From Octopus sinensis (taxonomy: Eukaryota): DNA of 64,000 nucleotides. The position numbers and the translations under genes are program-made. Location: positions 77,562,001 to 77,626,000 of the forward strand of contig NC_043005.1 of NCBI RefSeq assembly GCF_006345805.1. Direction: 5' to 3'. Positions 1-12,570 of the stretch are shown here, one piece after another (position 1 is the stretch's first letter; every line of letters begins with the position of its first letter). Below the pieces are notes generated by a model. It was not told the DNA's origin, did not search any database, and saw only the letters and a program-made list of their open reading frames with translations.

Positions 1-39
1 AACTGCAATACCGACTTTGTTCTTCATTCTTTTCATCTA

Positions 40-41
40 TG

Positions 42-77
<36 letters not shown>

Positions 78-159
78 ATACATATATATATATACATACA
101 TATATATGTATGTATATATATATATATATTATATATATATATATATACATATATATATG

Positions 160-196
<37 letters not shown>

Positions 197-363
197 CTGT
201 TGCCTGTTTGCCTATTTATCTATTAACGGGTTTGCATGGTAAGAAACATTTCTATACATATGTATGCGCATACATGTATACTTACATGTGTATAGTATAT
301 AATATACATCCTATATGTGTGTGCGTGGTGTGCGTATACATAGACACACATATGTATACATAA

Positions 364-396
<33 letters not shown>

Positions 397-440
397 ATAT
401 ATATATACACGCACACACAGACATACATACATACATTTAT

Positions 441-472
<32 letters not shown>

Positions 473-512
473 GTTTGCATGTATGCATATACACACACAC
501 ACACGCACACAC
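40..512. repeat. Compound (TA)n/(TG)n/(CA)n microsatellite
   Basis: Direct dinucleotide runs; source of the YI/CV-repeat ORFs. Confidence 0.95.
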
Positions 513-513
513 A

Positions 514-730
514 CGAGGGGATGCTGAAAAGATGTTGGCTTTAAGGGCGTCACGAAAGGCCTGGTTGGAGGCCCAACCTTCTAAGTTCTTTTACAGGGCT
601 TAGAAAAACTGAAGGACCGTTGTAGTTAGCGTGTGAATCTGAGAGGGGAATATCTAGAATAAAATCATTAGCTGATCCTCCTGTACTTTCTTTCACCCAA
701 AGCCAAGAACTTTTCACCCCGCTCCCCCGT
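514..730. mobile_element. Mariner-type MITE (~215 bp)
   Basis: Imperfect TIRs cgaggggatgctgaaaagatgttggcttt / aaagccaagaacttttcacccc..cccgt; same internal sequence as 27532-27749. Confidence 0.75.
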
Positions 731-962
731 GGCTTAGTGGTTAAGGTGTCGGACTCATCATCGTAAGATTGTGGTATCGATTCCTAGGCTCGGTGATGCA
801 CTGCGTTCTTGAGCAAAACACTTCATTTCACTTTGCTGGCAAACGTAAGTAATCCAGCAACGAACCGTGTCGTCCGGGATAATGCAGTGCTGAGGGGTGT
901 ATATATACGTCAAAGAAACCAGGAGAACGATCTTGTGGCTCTATATGACTCGGGAAGGGGTT
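727..962 (+). mobile_element. tRNA-headed SINE, family C
   Basis: Box A tggcttagtgg, box B gtatcgattcc, CORE-like ttcttgagcaaaacacttcatttcac. Confidence 0.75.
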
Positions 963-1044
963 TTAACATTTACAGATGTGTGCTCCTTTATGCATATATA
1001 AGCTTGTTTATGTGTATATATGCTGGTATATACGTGTGTATATA

Positions 1045-1212
1045 TGGGGTCTGATCAATAAGTACCTGGACTGTTACCATAGTAAGGAAGCTAAAGCGCG
1101 CAGAGTAAAGTCGCTTGGCAGAGATTGACCTTGAACTCTACAGTGCATGCGCACTAAGTTCTAACTTTCTAGCTCACATCTGCTGTTTACAGCAGTGCTT
1201 CGAAGGAACGTG
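1045..1212 (+). mobile_element. Probable mariner-like terminal fragment
   Basis: Starts (ta)tggggtctgatcaataagtacctggact, which resembles a mariner TIR; no partner TIR found. Confidence 0.4.
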
Positions 1213-1751
1213 TATACTTGTTTATGCGTATAAATACTTATGTAAACATGCTTCTTTATGCGTATATATGGTTCTTTATACTTATATGTGCTTCCTTATG
1301 AATATATAAGCTTGTTTGTGTGTATATATGTCTTCTTTATGCGTACGTATATATGATTGTTAATGCATATATATGTTACTTTATGCGTATATAAGCTTGT
1401 TTATGTGTATATATACCTGTTTTTGTATTTATGCTCGTTTACACATATATATATATATGATTGTTTATATATATATATATGCGTATATAGCTTTCTTATG
1501 CTTATATATGCTTGTTTGTGTGTATTTATGCTTGTTTATGCGTATAAATGCTTGTTTATGATATATTCTTCTTTATGTGTAAATATGCTTGTTTGTTTGC
1601 ATGAATGTATGCCTGTTTATGCGTATGTATGCTTGTATATGCGTGCGTATATATATGGGTAGAATTCACAAAAAAAAATAATAAAAGACGAAGACAGGTG
1701 GTGTAGACAACAAGCAGATGTATTAGTTTAACGCTCGGGGAGTGGAAAAGT

Positions 1752-1787
1752 CTTTAACATTTCGAGCCTATGCTCTTCCACAGAAAG
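1752..1787 (-). ncRNA. Degenerate minimal hammerhead ribozyme motif in a Penelope-like pLTR fragment (~1657-1855)
   Basis: Minus strand: cttt-CTGTGGA-a-gagc atag gctc-GAAA-tgtt-aaag; core has A6->U. Confidence 0.5.
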
Positions 1788-3307
1788 GAACACAGAAAGA
1801 AACAAGGAGAAAAAATAAAGAATGTGTAGTGGTTAGTGATCTATCGTGGCGAAGGCTTCTTTATGAGTACATATGTATGCTTTTTTAACCATATATGTGA
1901 TTGTTTATTCATATATATTCTTTTTTATGCGTATATAAACTATTTATGCGTATATACGCTTCTTTGTGTGTATTTATACTTGTTTATGCGTATTTATGCT
2001 AGTATATACGCGCCTATATATACTTGTTTAGGTGTATATATGATTGTTGATGCGTATGTATGCACGTTTATGAAGATGTATAGAAAACAAGAGTAAGATT
2101 TTATTCATATTGGTATCCAATCTTATGCATTGAATATGAATATTCAGTTACAGAAGAAAATCATTGGATTCTCTATATTCATTAAATCTTAATTTATCTT
2201 TAACGAAGCTGACAGCGAGTTGTCAGAAATGTTAGAACGCTTATCAAAATGGTGTTTGTCTCTGTCAAAGCTAACGAGTTTTATTTCTTTTATTTTTCAG
2301 ATTTTTTAAATTTTTAATCCCATGGCTATATTATTCCTAATAGGAAGAACAGCAGCGTCTGTGATCGTCTTGTGGCTCTCCAAAGCAGGAGAGCTTAAAG
2401 TTTTCTAAAGTAGGAAGCTGTGTATCTTAATATCGAATTATCCCCGGCTGCAGTGACTGGGCGGAACGCTTCCAACAGAATGTTCCCCGCATAAGACATC
2501 CAAGGATCATGTGAGGGTGTCGAACCGATGAATTGATTATATTTGCCACCCAAGGACACGGGTAGCCAATTCAATAGGCTTTCACTCATTTTTCCCAAAA
2601 CTTAATTTCACATTCAAGTCTTGCACTGACCTGAGGCTATAATAAAAGACACATGCCCAGGGTATTATACTGTGGAATCGAACCGGGAGCAACGTGATTG
2701 TGACGAAATGTTTTTAACCATGACTATACTTATACTTCATTCCGTTTAACGATTTTACACGTAACAGTAAAATACTTCAAATGTATTATCGAATGCCATC
2801 ATTACATCAATTCAAAATGTAGAGCAATCTTTAGCTGCACAAAGACATAGAATTTAATTAAATTAGAACAGATGGACACATTAATATAATTATACCTAAA
2901 ATCTCCAAGAAGTTAAGGAGATAGACAAAGAACATGTACCTACAACAACATAGCCGTAACATATTTTCTCTTCCTCATTTTTGGGGTCGATAAAATAAAG
3001 TAGCCGTCAAATACTGGGTTCAATTTAATCGAATAACCCTAAGCTTGAATTTGAGGTCTTTTCCTAGTAAGGAAATCATTGTCGTTATTAAAATAAGGCG
3101 ATGTTTTGACGAAATCATTAGGTCAATGAATGAATTTCTGTGCGGTATTTACTTCACGTGCTTTTACGTTTTGGTTGGCCCGGCTTGAAGAATCCGTCTT
3201 GTGATTCTTCCCTGTGACATTCTCATTATACGTCTTTAGTACCAGAACTATGGCCTCTCAATGCGGAGAAGCAGTGGTTCGATCTGGAGAGACTCCATGT
3301 CGAGTAA

Positions 3308-3349
<42 letters not shown>

Positions 3350-3546
3350 TTTTGCTTCAACATGAATTGAAGTCGGGACTTCAGAAAATGTGAATGGAAA
3401 GCCGAAATTGAATACCGCAAATCTTTTACTCCGACACAATTTTACCTCAGCCAATCCACCTTTCTCCTGCCTTGGGTTAACAGAAATTATAATTTTCCAT
3501 ATTGGAACAAATCTGCAAATATGGCCTCAAATTAATAAAGATTTAG

Positions 3547-3658
3547 TTGTGGTATTTTTATTGTTGTTGTTGTTGTTACTGGTTCTTCTGTAACTGTTAT
3601 GTTTGTTGCTGTTGTTCTGGTTGTAGTTGTTGCTGCTGCTGCCGCTTCTGCTGCTGCG
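3547..3658. repeat. (TTG)n/(CTG)n trinucleotide low-complexity run
   Basis: Direct. Confidence 0.85.
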
Positions 3659-4060
3659 TAAAGAGAAATTTATGGAAAAGAAATTAACAGAATCCACAGC
3701 AATCACATTACAAAGACCGATCACATTATGATCTTCCTTGTATCGGTTTTTATTATATTAGAACACAGAAAATCGGAGAGAGTAATGCAGCGTTTCATAC
3801 AATTAAATAAGAGGGTCTCAACGACATTATAATCACTCTCCGTAATTAGAGTGGAGCTTCTAGTGAGCCATAAATGTCTTCGTCACAATGACTTCTTGTC
3901 GATCCATCGAAAGAGCTTCTACTCGATTGCTTGACCTGCTAAAAATCGCAACCAAAGTTACCACATATCACACATTATCGTATTAGTAAAAGAAGGACGT
4001 GTTAAACAATCAATATGATCCTATGCACTGGAAAAGATATGGCATGGTCATGATGGTATG

Positions 4061-4107
<47 letters not shown>

Positions 4108-4139
4108 ATACCGAAGTGTAAGTACGCCGCTATATATTT

Positions 4140-4453
4140 TTATATATAAAAAATACAAAAATGGGACAAGAACGCAAAACATCCAGATAGTCAGGTGACT
4201 CAAAAAAGAGGACAACAAAACATCCAGACAGACGATACAAAGAAAACTAGGATGGGTCATTCGGAGTCTTCTTTTCTCAGTCGAATTCCAGATTATCTTT
4301 GCAATTTCGGCTGGTTATACTCGAGATTGCTGTAATCTGGCCAGCCCCTGGGAAAAACTAAGCTATGAGCATTAGATTCCTTGGAAGAAAGCAGCGAATG
4401 TATACGAAAACAAGGACGGAAAAAAATGGAGAAATGTTACGCAAATACAAATG

Positions 4454-4455
<2 letters not shown>
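4140..4455 (-). mobile_element. Interspersed repeat flanked by (TA)n, probably a Penelope-like terminal repeat
   Basis: Reverse-complement copy at 5870-6168 and a related copy at 32755-33175. Confidence 0.6.
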
Positions 4456-4489
<34 letters not shown>

Positions 4490-4499
4490 CCATGGGATT

Positions 4500-4750
4500 G
4501 CACCGAGAAAGTTACTCTCTGAGGTACAAGTCCGGGCAAGACTCCCCTCTACACGCCACCAAGAGAAAGGCAAATGTCAATACAGCTTGGCACATGTGAC
4601 GTCGCAACTCAGTTCTAAAGCTGAATGAACTGGAGCAACGTGAAATAATATGTCTTGCGCAAGAAGAGAACACACAGCTCGGTCCGGGAGTCGAACTCAC
4701 AACCTCATATTTGTGAGCCCGATGTTCTAACCACTGAGGCATATGCCTTC
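4500..4750 (-). mobile_element. tRNA-headed SINE, family C-like
   Basis: Minus strand ggcatatgcctcagtggttaga...gttcgactcc plus CORE-like segment. Confidence 0.7.
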
Positions 4751-4939
4751 ACTGTGTGTGTGTCTGTATGTGTGCGTGTGTATATGTGTGTATGTGTGTG
4801 TGTGTGTGTGTGGTGTGTGTGTGTGTGTGTGGTGTGTGTGTGTGTGTGTGTGTGTGTGTGCCATTACGGGACCTGATGAGGTCTAAGCTGAAGTTTGGCA
4901 GCAACAACCATTGCTTCTTATTAATAACATTCATCGTAA

Positions 4940-5145
4940 GCGACGAGCTGACAGAATTGTAAGCACACCGTTCAGAATACTTTGCAGTGTTTTCTCTGAT
5001 TCTTTACAATCTGAGTTCAAATACCACCGAGGTCACCTTTGCCTTTCATCCTTACGTAGTCGATAAAATAAAGTACCAGTAAAAAACTGATGACGATGTA
5101 ATCGACTTGCCCGCCTCTTAAAATTGTTGGCTTTGTGACTAAATT
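4940..5145 (+). mobile_element. SINE family B (diverged)
   Basis: gagttcaaataccaccgagg...gcctttcatcc...gtcgataaaataaagtaccag. Confidence 0.75.
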
Positions 5146-5170
5146 AAAAACTATATATATGTGTGAAATA

Positions 5171-5560
5171 GGCGCAGAAGTGGTTGTGTGGTAAGTAGAT
5201 TGCTTACCAACCACGTGCTTCTCGGTTCAGTCCCACTGCGTGGCACCTTCGGCAAGTGTTTTCTATTATGCCTCCGGGCCGACTAAAGCCTTGTCAGTGG
5301 ATTTGGCAGACTGAAACTGAAAGAAGCTTGCCGTATATGTGTGTGTGTGTGCATACGCGCGCGCGTGTGTGTCTATTTTTGTTCCTCATCATCGCTTGAC
5401 AACAGATGCTGGTGTGTTTACGTCCCTGTAACGTAACGGTTCGGCAAAAGAGACCGATAGAAGAAGTACTAGGCTTACAAACAATAAGTTGTGAGGTCGA
5501 TTTGCTCGACTAAAGGCGGTGCTCCAGCATGGCCGCAGTCAAAGGACTGAAGCGAAGAAT
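5171..5560 (+). mobile_element. SINE family A (tRNA head, internal microsatellite, 3' module)
   Basis: Matches about 12 other copies in the window. Confidence 0.9.
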
Positions 5561-5564
5561 AGAA

Positions 5565-6164
5565 TTCTTCCTCTCTCACATTTCCCCGCCTTCTCTTCTT
5601 CCGCATTGTCCCTCCTCTTTTCACTTCACTATGTCCCTGTCATTTTTCTCGTCCCTCCTTAATTCTTCTGTCCCTCTGCCTCTAACTCTCTCTCCTCTCC
5701 CCACGTGACCGGAGTTCGGCCAAGCCTGATCTTTCTTTCTTGGTTCGGCCGTCATTTGTGCAGCATCTATATTCCTCCTTGTGTCTGTGAAATCTTGTAT
5801 CCCTGCCGTAAGGCATTATTTCCACACACGCCAGCTTAATTTATTTCGTCCTTTGTCGAAAGACACCTGTTGTTATGTCCTGTTTTTTGTATCTCTTTAA
5901 GATTCTCCGTTTTTCTTTCGTCCTTATTTTCGTATACATTTGCTACTTTCTTCCAAGGAATCTAATGCTCTTAGCTTAATTTTTTATTGGGGCTGGCCAG
6001 ATTGGAGCAATCTCGAGTATAACCAGCCGAAATTCCCTGGAACTCGACGGAAGAAAGAAAACTCCGAATGACCCGTCCTTGTTTTTTTTGTATCGTCTAT
6101 CTGGATGTTTTGCTGTCCCTTTGTTGTATCAGCTATCTGGATGTTTTGCGTTCTTGTCCCATTT

Positions 6165-6168
<4 letters not shown>
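5565..6168 (+). mobile_element. Probable Penelope-like 3' UTR/terminal repeat
   Basis: 5870-6168 is the reverse complement of 4140-4455; ends in (TA)n. Confidence 0.55.
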
Positions 6169-6201
<33 letters not shown>

Positions 6202-6426
6202 TTTATTTTAAGCAGCAGAAAATTCAACAAAATCTGTTACTCTGAGTTTCTCGTTGCCGTTCATCAGACAGTTCTAGCAAAAACTGTCTGATGAACGGCA
6301 ACGAGAAACTCAGAGTAACAGATTTTGTTGAATTTTCTGCTGCTTAAAATAAACCATATTACTCTACCACTGGTATTTGAGTACTCTTTTTTCCACCTTG
6401 TTTCACATTTATGTGTTTACTCCGGT
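6202..6426. mobile_element. Foldback element (72-bp arms 6202-6273/6282-6353 plus a unique tail), Penelope pLTR-like
   Basis: Perfect inverted repeat; flanked by (TA)n; second copy at 46300-46481. Confidence 0.85.
6284..6321 (+). ncRNA. Type I minimal hammerhead ribozyme motif
   Basis: ctgt-CTGATGA(6288-6294)-a cg gcaa cg a-GAAA(6305-6308)-ctc a gag-TA-acag; mirror copy on minus strand at 6234-6271. Confidence 0.7.
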
Positions 6427-7164
6427 ATATATATATTTTAGCAGGAGAGTGTGGTCGTTTAGATCGAGCCCTGTGCTTGGTTGGAACTTTATTTTGTCGA
6501 TCCCGGAACGATGAACGGCCAAGCGGAATTTGAACACCTCGGCGAAATTTGAACACAGAACGTAATGAGCCGGGAGATATACCTCTAAAATTACTTTTTT
6601 TACTCTACGACACTCACATGTGGATTTACATATTTTTCCGTACGATTAATTAATTTATTCATTTTGCAAATAGTTTAGGTGTTTCCATATTATTGATTTA
6701 GTGCTAAATCATTGTATAGAGGAAATTATAAAGTCGAGCTTGGCAAGATTGTAACTCATTAATTAATTAACGATTTACAATCTTTACTGCATAAAGAGAT
6801 TCTCACACTCAGCCTAATGTAATGGCAAACATGAAAGAACAATAAACTAAGAGCAATAATCCAACTCTGAACTGCATTTCGATTCGATGATCTTCTGTCT
6901 TATTCATATCCATCATCTTGACAAGATTTTCGCTTTATTATTTATTTATTTTGTTAGTTTGTACTTTACATTGGGAAAGAATAGGCAATGATGTTCAAAA
7001 TACCTGCAAGGTCATTAGGTTAGTAGTGCATTACTAAATTTAAAATGGCTTCCACTGATTATCGCAGGCTCAACTTCCCAAGAGCTTACTTATTTTTTCA
7101 AAAGCCGAATTGAGAGTTTCTCCAATGGCATCTACAGCAGTAAAGTTTGTTGTAATAGAACATC

Positions 7165-7330
7165 CACTTACTTGTACTTGTGGCGACATTCACCCTGGGC
7201 GGGTTGAGTCGGCTTCTTCTACCACCCTCGAGGCATCTCGAACCATGGCAGCCCACGCACGACGGTCCTGCGCCAGTTCAATGGAGATAGCGAGCCAGTC
7301 ACGATTCCATCGGTGACTCGGCCGACCCGA
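7165..7330 (-). pseudogene. RTE-clade LINE 3' end
   Basis: Minus strand RWNRDWLAISIELAQDRRAWAAMVRDA...STRPG* followed by a caagtacaagtaagt tail. Confidence 0.8.
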
Positions 7331-7732
7331 ATATCCACGCCCCCACTAGTCTCCTATTCGTTTGTGTACCTCGTGTGCGAAGTGGATTCACCTAACGTAA
7401 CGTAACGTGGGAACAGCCTGATTTCAGTGAATGTGGAAGTGGTGCCAAAACTCACACTGAACTGCTGTGACAGACTCATTATTCTTCACGTAACTACCGT
7501 GCTCTACCGTCCACAGCGCCATGGCTTCACCTGAAAAGACAAAAAAATACTAAGACACCACTGTCTGATTGGTACCTGTCGGACGTATGTTCCTCCCATT
7601 AGGGGCTGAGTAATATCCACGAGTTCCACCTGCCATCTCTCATTACTACCGACGGACGGCACAACAACTCAAAAACCGCTGCAAACGCAGCACAAAGAAC
7701 AACAAAATCAATCAATAATACACAATATATAT

Positions 7733-7963
7733 TTTTTTACTACCCACAAAGGGCTAAGCACACAGAGGACAAACAAGGACAGACTAACGGATTAAGTCGA
7801 TTATATCGACCCCAGTTCGTAACTGGTACTTATTTAATCGACCCCGAAAGGATGAAAGGCAAAGTCGACCTCGGCGGAATTTGAACTCAGAACGTAGCGG
7901 CAGACGAAATACTGCTAAGCATTTCGCCCGGCGTGCTAACGTTTCTGCCAGCTCGCCGCCCTT
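7733..7963 (-). mobile_element. SINE family B, full length
   Basis: Near-consensus copy. Confidence 0.9.
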
Positions 7964-8850
7964 TATGCTTTATATCGTATTTGTGATTCTTCATCCTCAG
8001 TTTTCAGAGTTCATTTAAGAGACGATTTCCATTTCGAGATAATCCTACAGGCATCATAGATCTGCTGAAAGATTTTTCCTGGAGAATTAACTTAGCTAAC
8101 TTAACAAGAAACGAAGCAGTTGTTTCCTTGATATTCAACACTTTTGGTCACACAACATACAATAGTTTGATCAAGCCATTGCTTGAAACAATGAAGCCTA
8201 CCTTCAGTATAACCATACATTTATTCTAGTCCTAATTCTACATGAAAAATTTTAGATTGTTCATTCAGATCTCCAGGCAACTCAGCACTCTCGCTTAAGC
8301 GGGGCTTAAGCCACATTATCATTACTTCATCGTGTTCCACAATTTCTTACACTATTTTCCTTATGCACAACTTTTCCTTTGATTTACTGCTAGCGAAAAC
8401 TGGATTATGTTTCTCTCTATTCCTTTATGTCATATACTGTCAAAGCATTAATGTTGCATAATTCACATAAGCTTCTTACAAATTCAATAATGCAGAATGT
8501 TTTTTCGCAAATTCAATGTTATCTATTATGGACAAACGTATGGAGTTTCAGCTTTACATCACGAGAAGCGATTCCTTGATGTATTGAGAACATAGCTAGG
8601 GCTGAGCGTGAGCAGATTATAATAAAAATAAAATACAGAGAGAAGAGTAGAAATGGTTTACTTGTGTTTACGAGTTCGTGCCAAACGATGAGGCAATAAC
8701 CAATGCTGCCAAAACCGCAGCGACAAGTCGGTTCACCAAACCAGAAATTATGTTCAAATTAGAAGTGGCACAGGCTTATCGGTCATCGGATTAGTACAGA
8801 ACAACTTTGTTACAAAAAGTTAATTTTTCTGTTACATCATTGCACCGTGT

Positions 8851-9318
8851 AAGGCGACGAAGTAGCTGAATCGCTAATAGTCGGATACAATCCTTATCAG
8901 CATTTGCCCCGTTTTTATATTCTGGGTTCAAATTCTACCGAGGTCGACTTTGCATTTCATCATTTCGGGGTCATGAAGTAAATACCTATTTCTCTACTAC
9001 CCACAAGGGGCTAAACACAGAAAGGACAATCAAGGACAGACAAACGGATTAAGTCGATTACGTCGACCCCTTGTGCGTAACTGGTACTTAATTTATCGAC
9101 CCCGAAAGGATGAAAAGTCAAAGTCGACCTCGGCGGAATTTGAACTCAGAACGTAACGGCAGACGAAATACGGCTACGCATTTCGCCCAGCGTGCTAACG
9201 TTTCTGCCAGCTCGCCGCCTTATCATGAAGTAAATACCAGTTGCGCACTGGGCTCGATGTAACCGACTGGCCCCGTGCCCCAAAAATTTCAGACCTTGTG
9301 CCTATATTAGAAAGGGTT
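8851..9318 (+). mobile_element. Older SINE B hosting a nested SINE B
   Basis: Interrupted at tcatgaagtaaatacc. Confidence 0.8.
8987..9221 (-). mobile_element. SINE family B with a 16-bp TSD
   Basis: TSD tcatgaagtaaatacc at 8971-8986 and 9223-9238. Confidence 0.9.
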
Positions 9319-9779
9319 GTTGCACCAATTATCTGCACTTCAACACGACAATCAAATGCGTAGAATGGAATCACGGAATATTAAAATGCACAAGAATATA
9401 TTAAACTAATTAAATTAAAGACCAAACACCGAACTAACTCCAGGTCATTCCGTTTTGTAATTATCTTAAAATAATTAATTAATTAAAAATGTATTCATTT
9501 TCTCTGTGATAATGAGAGTTTATTTTGATAATTTTACACATTTTGCCACTTTTCTCGTAATATAAAATAAATCGAAATCATATATTTAACTATGCAAATT
9601 TATTCTACCTACTCAAATACAGTATTGTGCATTAGATTGATAATTCGATCATTACTTTGGCAAGTACGGTGAAGGTCATACATGATTAAGGAAGTTTAAT
9701 TAGAACAAAACATGTCCATAGCTGTCTCCCTTCCTTGCAGAAATGCTGAAAATAATAAGTCATTGGACTTACACATATT

Positions 9780-9975
9780 GCTTTCAAATTTTAGCACATG
9801 GCCAGCAACTTCGGGAAAAGCGGGTAAATCGATTACATCGACTCTAGTGCGACACTGAAACTATTTTATCAACCCCGAAGGATGAACGGCAACGTCGACC
9901 TCGGCGTAATTGGAAATCAGAACGTAAAGACGGATGAAATGACATGTGCTAACGGTTCTGTCAGCTCACAGCTTA
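9780..9975 (-). mobile_element. SINE family B (diverged)
   Basis: Similarity to the B consensus. Confidence 0.7.
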
Positions 9976-10053
9976 AATTTAATCAATAAATTTTGAAGTT
10001 TACTTATATATACGTATGTGTGTAACCATGTCGTGTGTAGAATACAAGAAATA

Positions 10054-11286
10054 TTGGGTTGGCAACTAAGTTCCAACCGTTTTTTAAATTTTTAATTTTT
10101 AAAAAGGTTTAATAAAAAATAACAACTAATTAATCAATAATGTATTCACACTTGTTGATTACACCTTCTTCCCAACGCTCAACAAGATTTTCAATATCTC
10201 GTTCGTAGGAATCACCCGATTTCGACTCGAAAAATTGATCCAACCAAGCTCTCAATTCTTCAACAGTATTGAACGATACTCCGAAAGAGGTGGAAATCCG
10301 CTGGTGTTAAATCAGGAAAGTACGGCGGGTGTGGCAGCACTTCCCAGCCATGCGTTTGAATGGCTTCCTTGGTCATATTGGCGATATTAGGGCGGGCGTT
10401 ATCGTACTGCAGAAGAACTCCATGCTACCGATTAGGTCTTTTCTCTTGAATAGCCGTGTTGAGTCGTTCCATTGACCGTTTGGTTCCGTTCAAGCAATTC
10501 GTAATGGATAACCCCTTCTCCGTCCCACCATACGCACAACATCGTTTTACACAGATAAAGGTCTTGTTTCACGCGCGGTGTCACTTGTTTACCGGGGCTA
10601 AGTCATTTCTTACGCTGCTTCATATTGATATACAGGCACCACTTGGCGTCGCCAGTAACGATTCGGTAAAGAAATCGTTGCTTGTGTCCATGAGTTGAGC
10701 GGTGACGAGCAAGCAAACCAGCGGAGATTGTGGCTCGTTGAATTTTGTTGTTGTCAGATGCGGAACCCTTGCTCCATACTTCTGAACCTTTCCCATCGAG
10801 TGAAGATACTTCTCTACAGCAGTGTGGAGCATTCCATTTTCTTTGCCAGTTCCCTTGTCGTTTGACGAGAATTTTCGTGCAAAATTTGGTTTAATCGCTC
10901 TTCATCGAACTCAACTAGACGGCCAAAAGGTGGTGTGTCTTTGAAGTCAAAATTTCCATTTTTGAACTTGGCATACCAATCACGAGCAGTTCTTTCAGCT
11001 ATAGCACCCTCTCCATACACAGTACAAATGTTGCGAGCATCTTTTGCAGCCTTAGAACCTTGATTAAAAGCAAAAAGAAGGAAGTGTTGAAAATGCTTGT
11101 TTTTCTTAACTTGACATTACATTTCAATGATCTGAAAATAAACAAAAATTAAATAGAATTAACTAGAAAAACAAATAGGTTCCAAAATGATTCAAAAATA
11201 GAATTCTCGAAAAAAATAGATTCCAAAATCTAAAAACGCAGTAAATTCCAATTTAATAAACGGCGGGAACTTAGTCGCCAACCCAA
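10054..11286 (-). mobile_element. Mariner (Tc1/mariner) transposon, ~1.23 kb
   Basis: TIRs ttgggttggcaactaagttcc / ggaacttagtcgccaacccaa with TA on both sides. Confidence 0.95.
10130..11122 (-). pseudogene. Mariner transposase pseudogene
   Basis: HTH (YGEGAIAERTARDWYAKFKNG), RVPH (WVPH), TGDAKW, YDNARP, HPPYFPDLTPADF motifs; stops and frameshifts. Confidence 0.92.
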
Positions 11287-11476
11287 TAAAACATGTTTGT
11301 GAAAATGCCTTTACTTTTAACGATATTATTGAAAATGCATCTCGGTACCATCATTTTTATTTCCTTCTTACACTTTAATAACTTGTTCGGAACGTTAAAT
11401 ATCCTAAAGATAGAGTTATTTAACTGCTGTGTTTTCAATTATATTATATATGTACGTGTGCTATAATTTATACATA

Positions 11477-11515
<39 letters not shown>

Positions 11516-11550
11516 TTGTGTGTGTGTGTATGTATATATATATATATATG

Positions 11551-11738
<188 letters not shown>

Positions 11739-11807
11739 TTAGACAAGAACAGATAACAAAGCCAAGGCTGAGAAGAGTTTTGAGGACATATATAAGGAAA
11801 GAGATAT

Positions 11808-11856
11808 AGTCTTGCAGCTGTTTCTGAGATATTATGGATATCCCTTCATCAGAGAC
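11808..11856 (-). ncRNA. Type I hammerhead ribozyme motif (cleavage triplet mutated)
   Basis: Minus strand: gtct-CTGATGA-a gggatat ccata atatctc a-GAAA-cagctg-CA-agac; palindromic stem III. Confidence 0.6.
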
Positions 11857-12103
11857 GATGTTAGCGGTAAATGTTTGAGTTCGAAATAAGGAAATTATTA
11901 TGGAAATGGAGCAGATAGGGAAAACAGAGGGAAATAAGAGAATGAAAGTAGAAATAACATATAAAATATTGTCATTGCAGTTCCATTATCGGAGTATAGT
12001 GGTGTATAGAAATGGCGAAAATGTTTCCTGTACATGATATGTAAGTTCCAGTAGTAGTGAAGGGAAATGAGAGGAAGAAAGAGAGAAAAATGAAAAAGGA
12101 TAC

Positions 12104-12373
12104 CTTTTACTCTTTACTCTTTTTAATTGTTTCAGTCATTTGACTGCGGCCATGCTGGAGCTCCAACTATAGTCGAGCACATCGACCCAGGGCTTATTCT
12201 TTGTAAGCCTCGTACTTATTCTATCGGTCTCTTTTGCCGAACCGCTATGTTACGGGGACGTAAACACACCAGCATTGGTCGTCAAGTGATGTTGGGGGGG
12301 GACAAACAGACACACAAACGTATACACACACACACACGCACGCACACACACACACACCACACACACACACACA

Positions 12374-12437
<64 letters not shown>

Positions 12438-12570
12438 ACGGCTTCCATGAACGAAATCCACCCATAAGTCTTTGGTTGTCTCAAGGCTTTAATAGAGGGG
12501 GCAGCAGTAGAACTCAATCCGGTATCATGTGGTTGAGAAGCAAGCTTTTTAGCACACATCTACACCTGCG
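12104..12570 (-). mobile_element. SINE family A
   Basis: Reverse-complement copy with internal (CA)n(TA)n. Confidence 0.85.

Noticed and set aside
2395-2598. 67-aa non-repetitive ORF (also 50511-50801 and 15101-15376)
   Set aside because: No recognisable motif; the length is within chance expectation.
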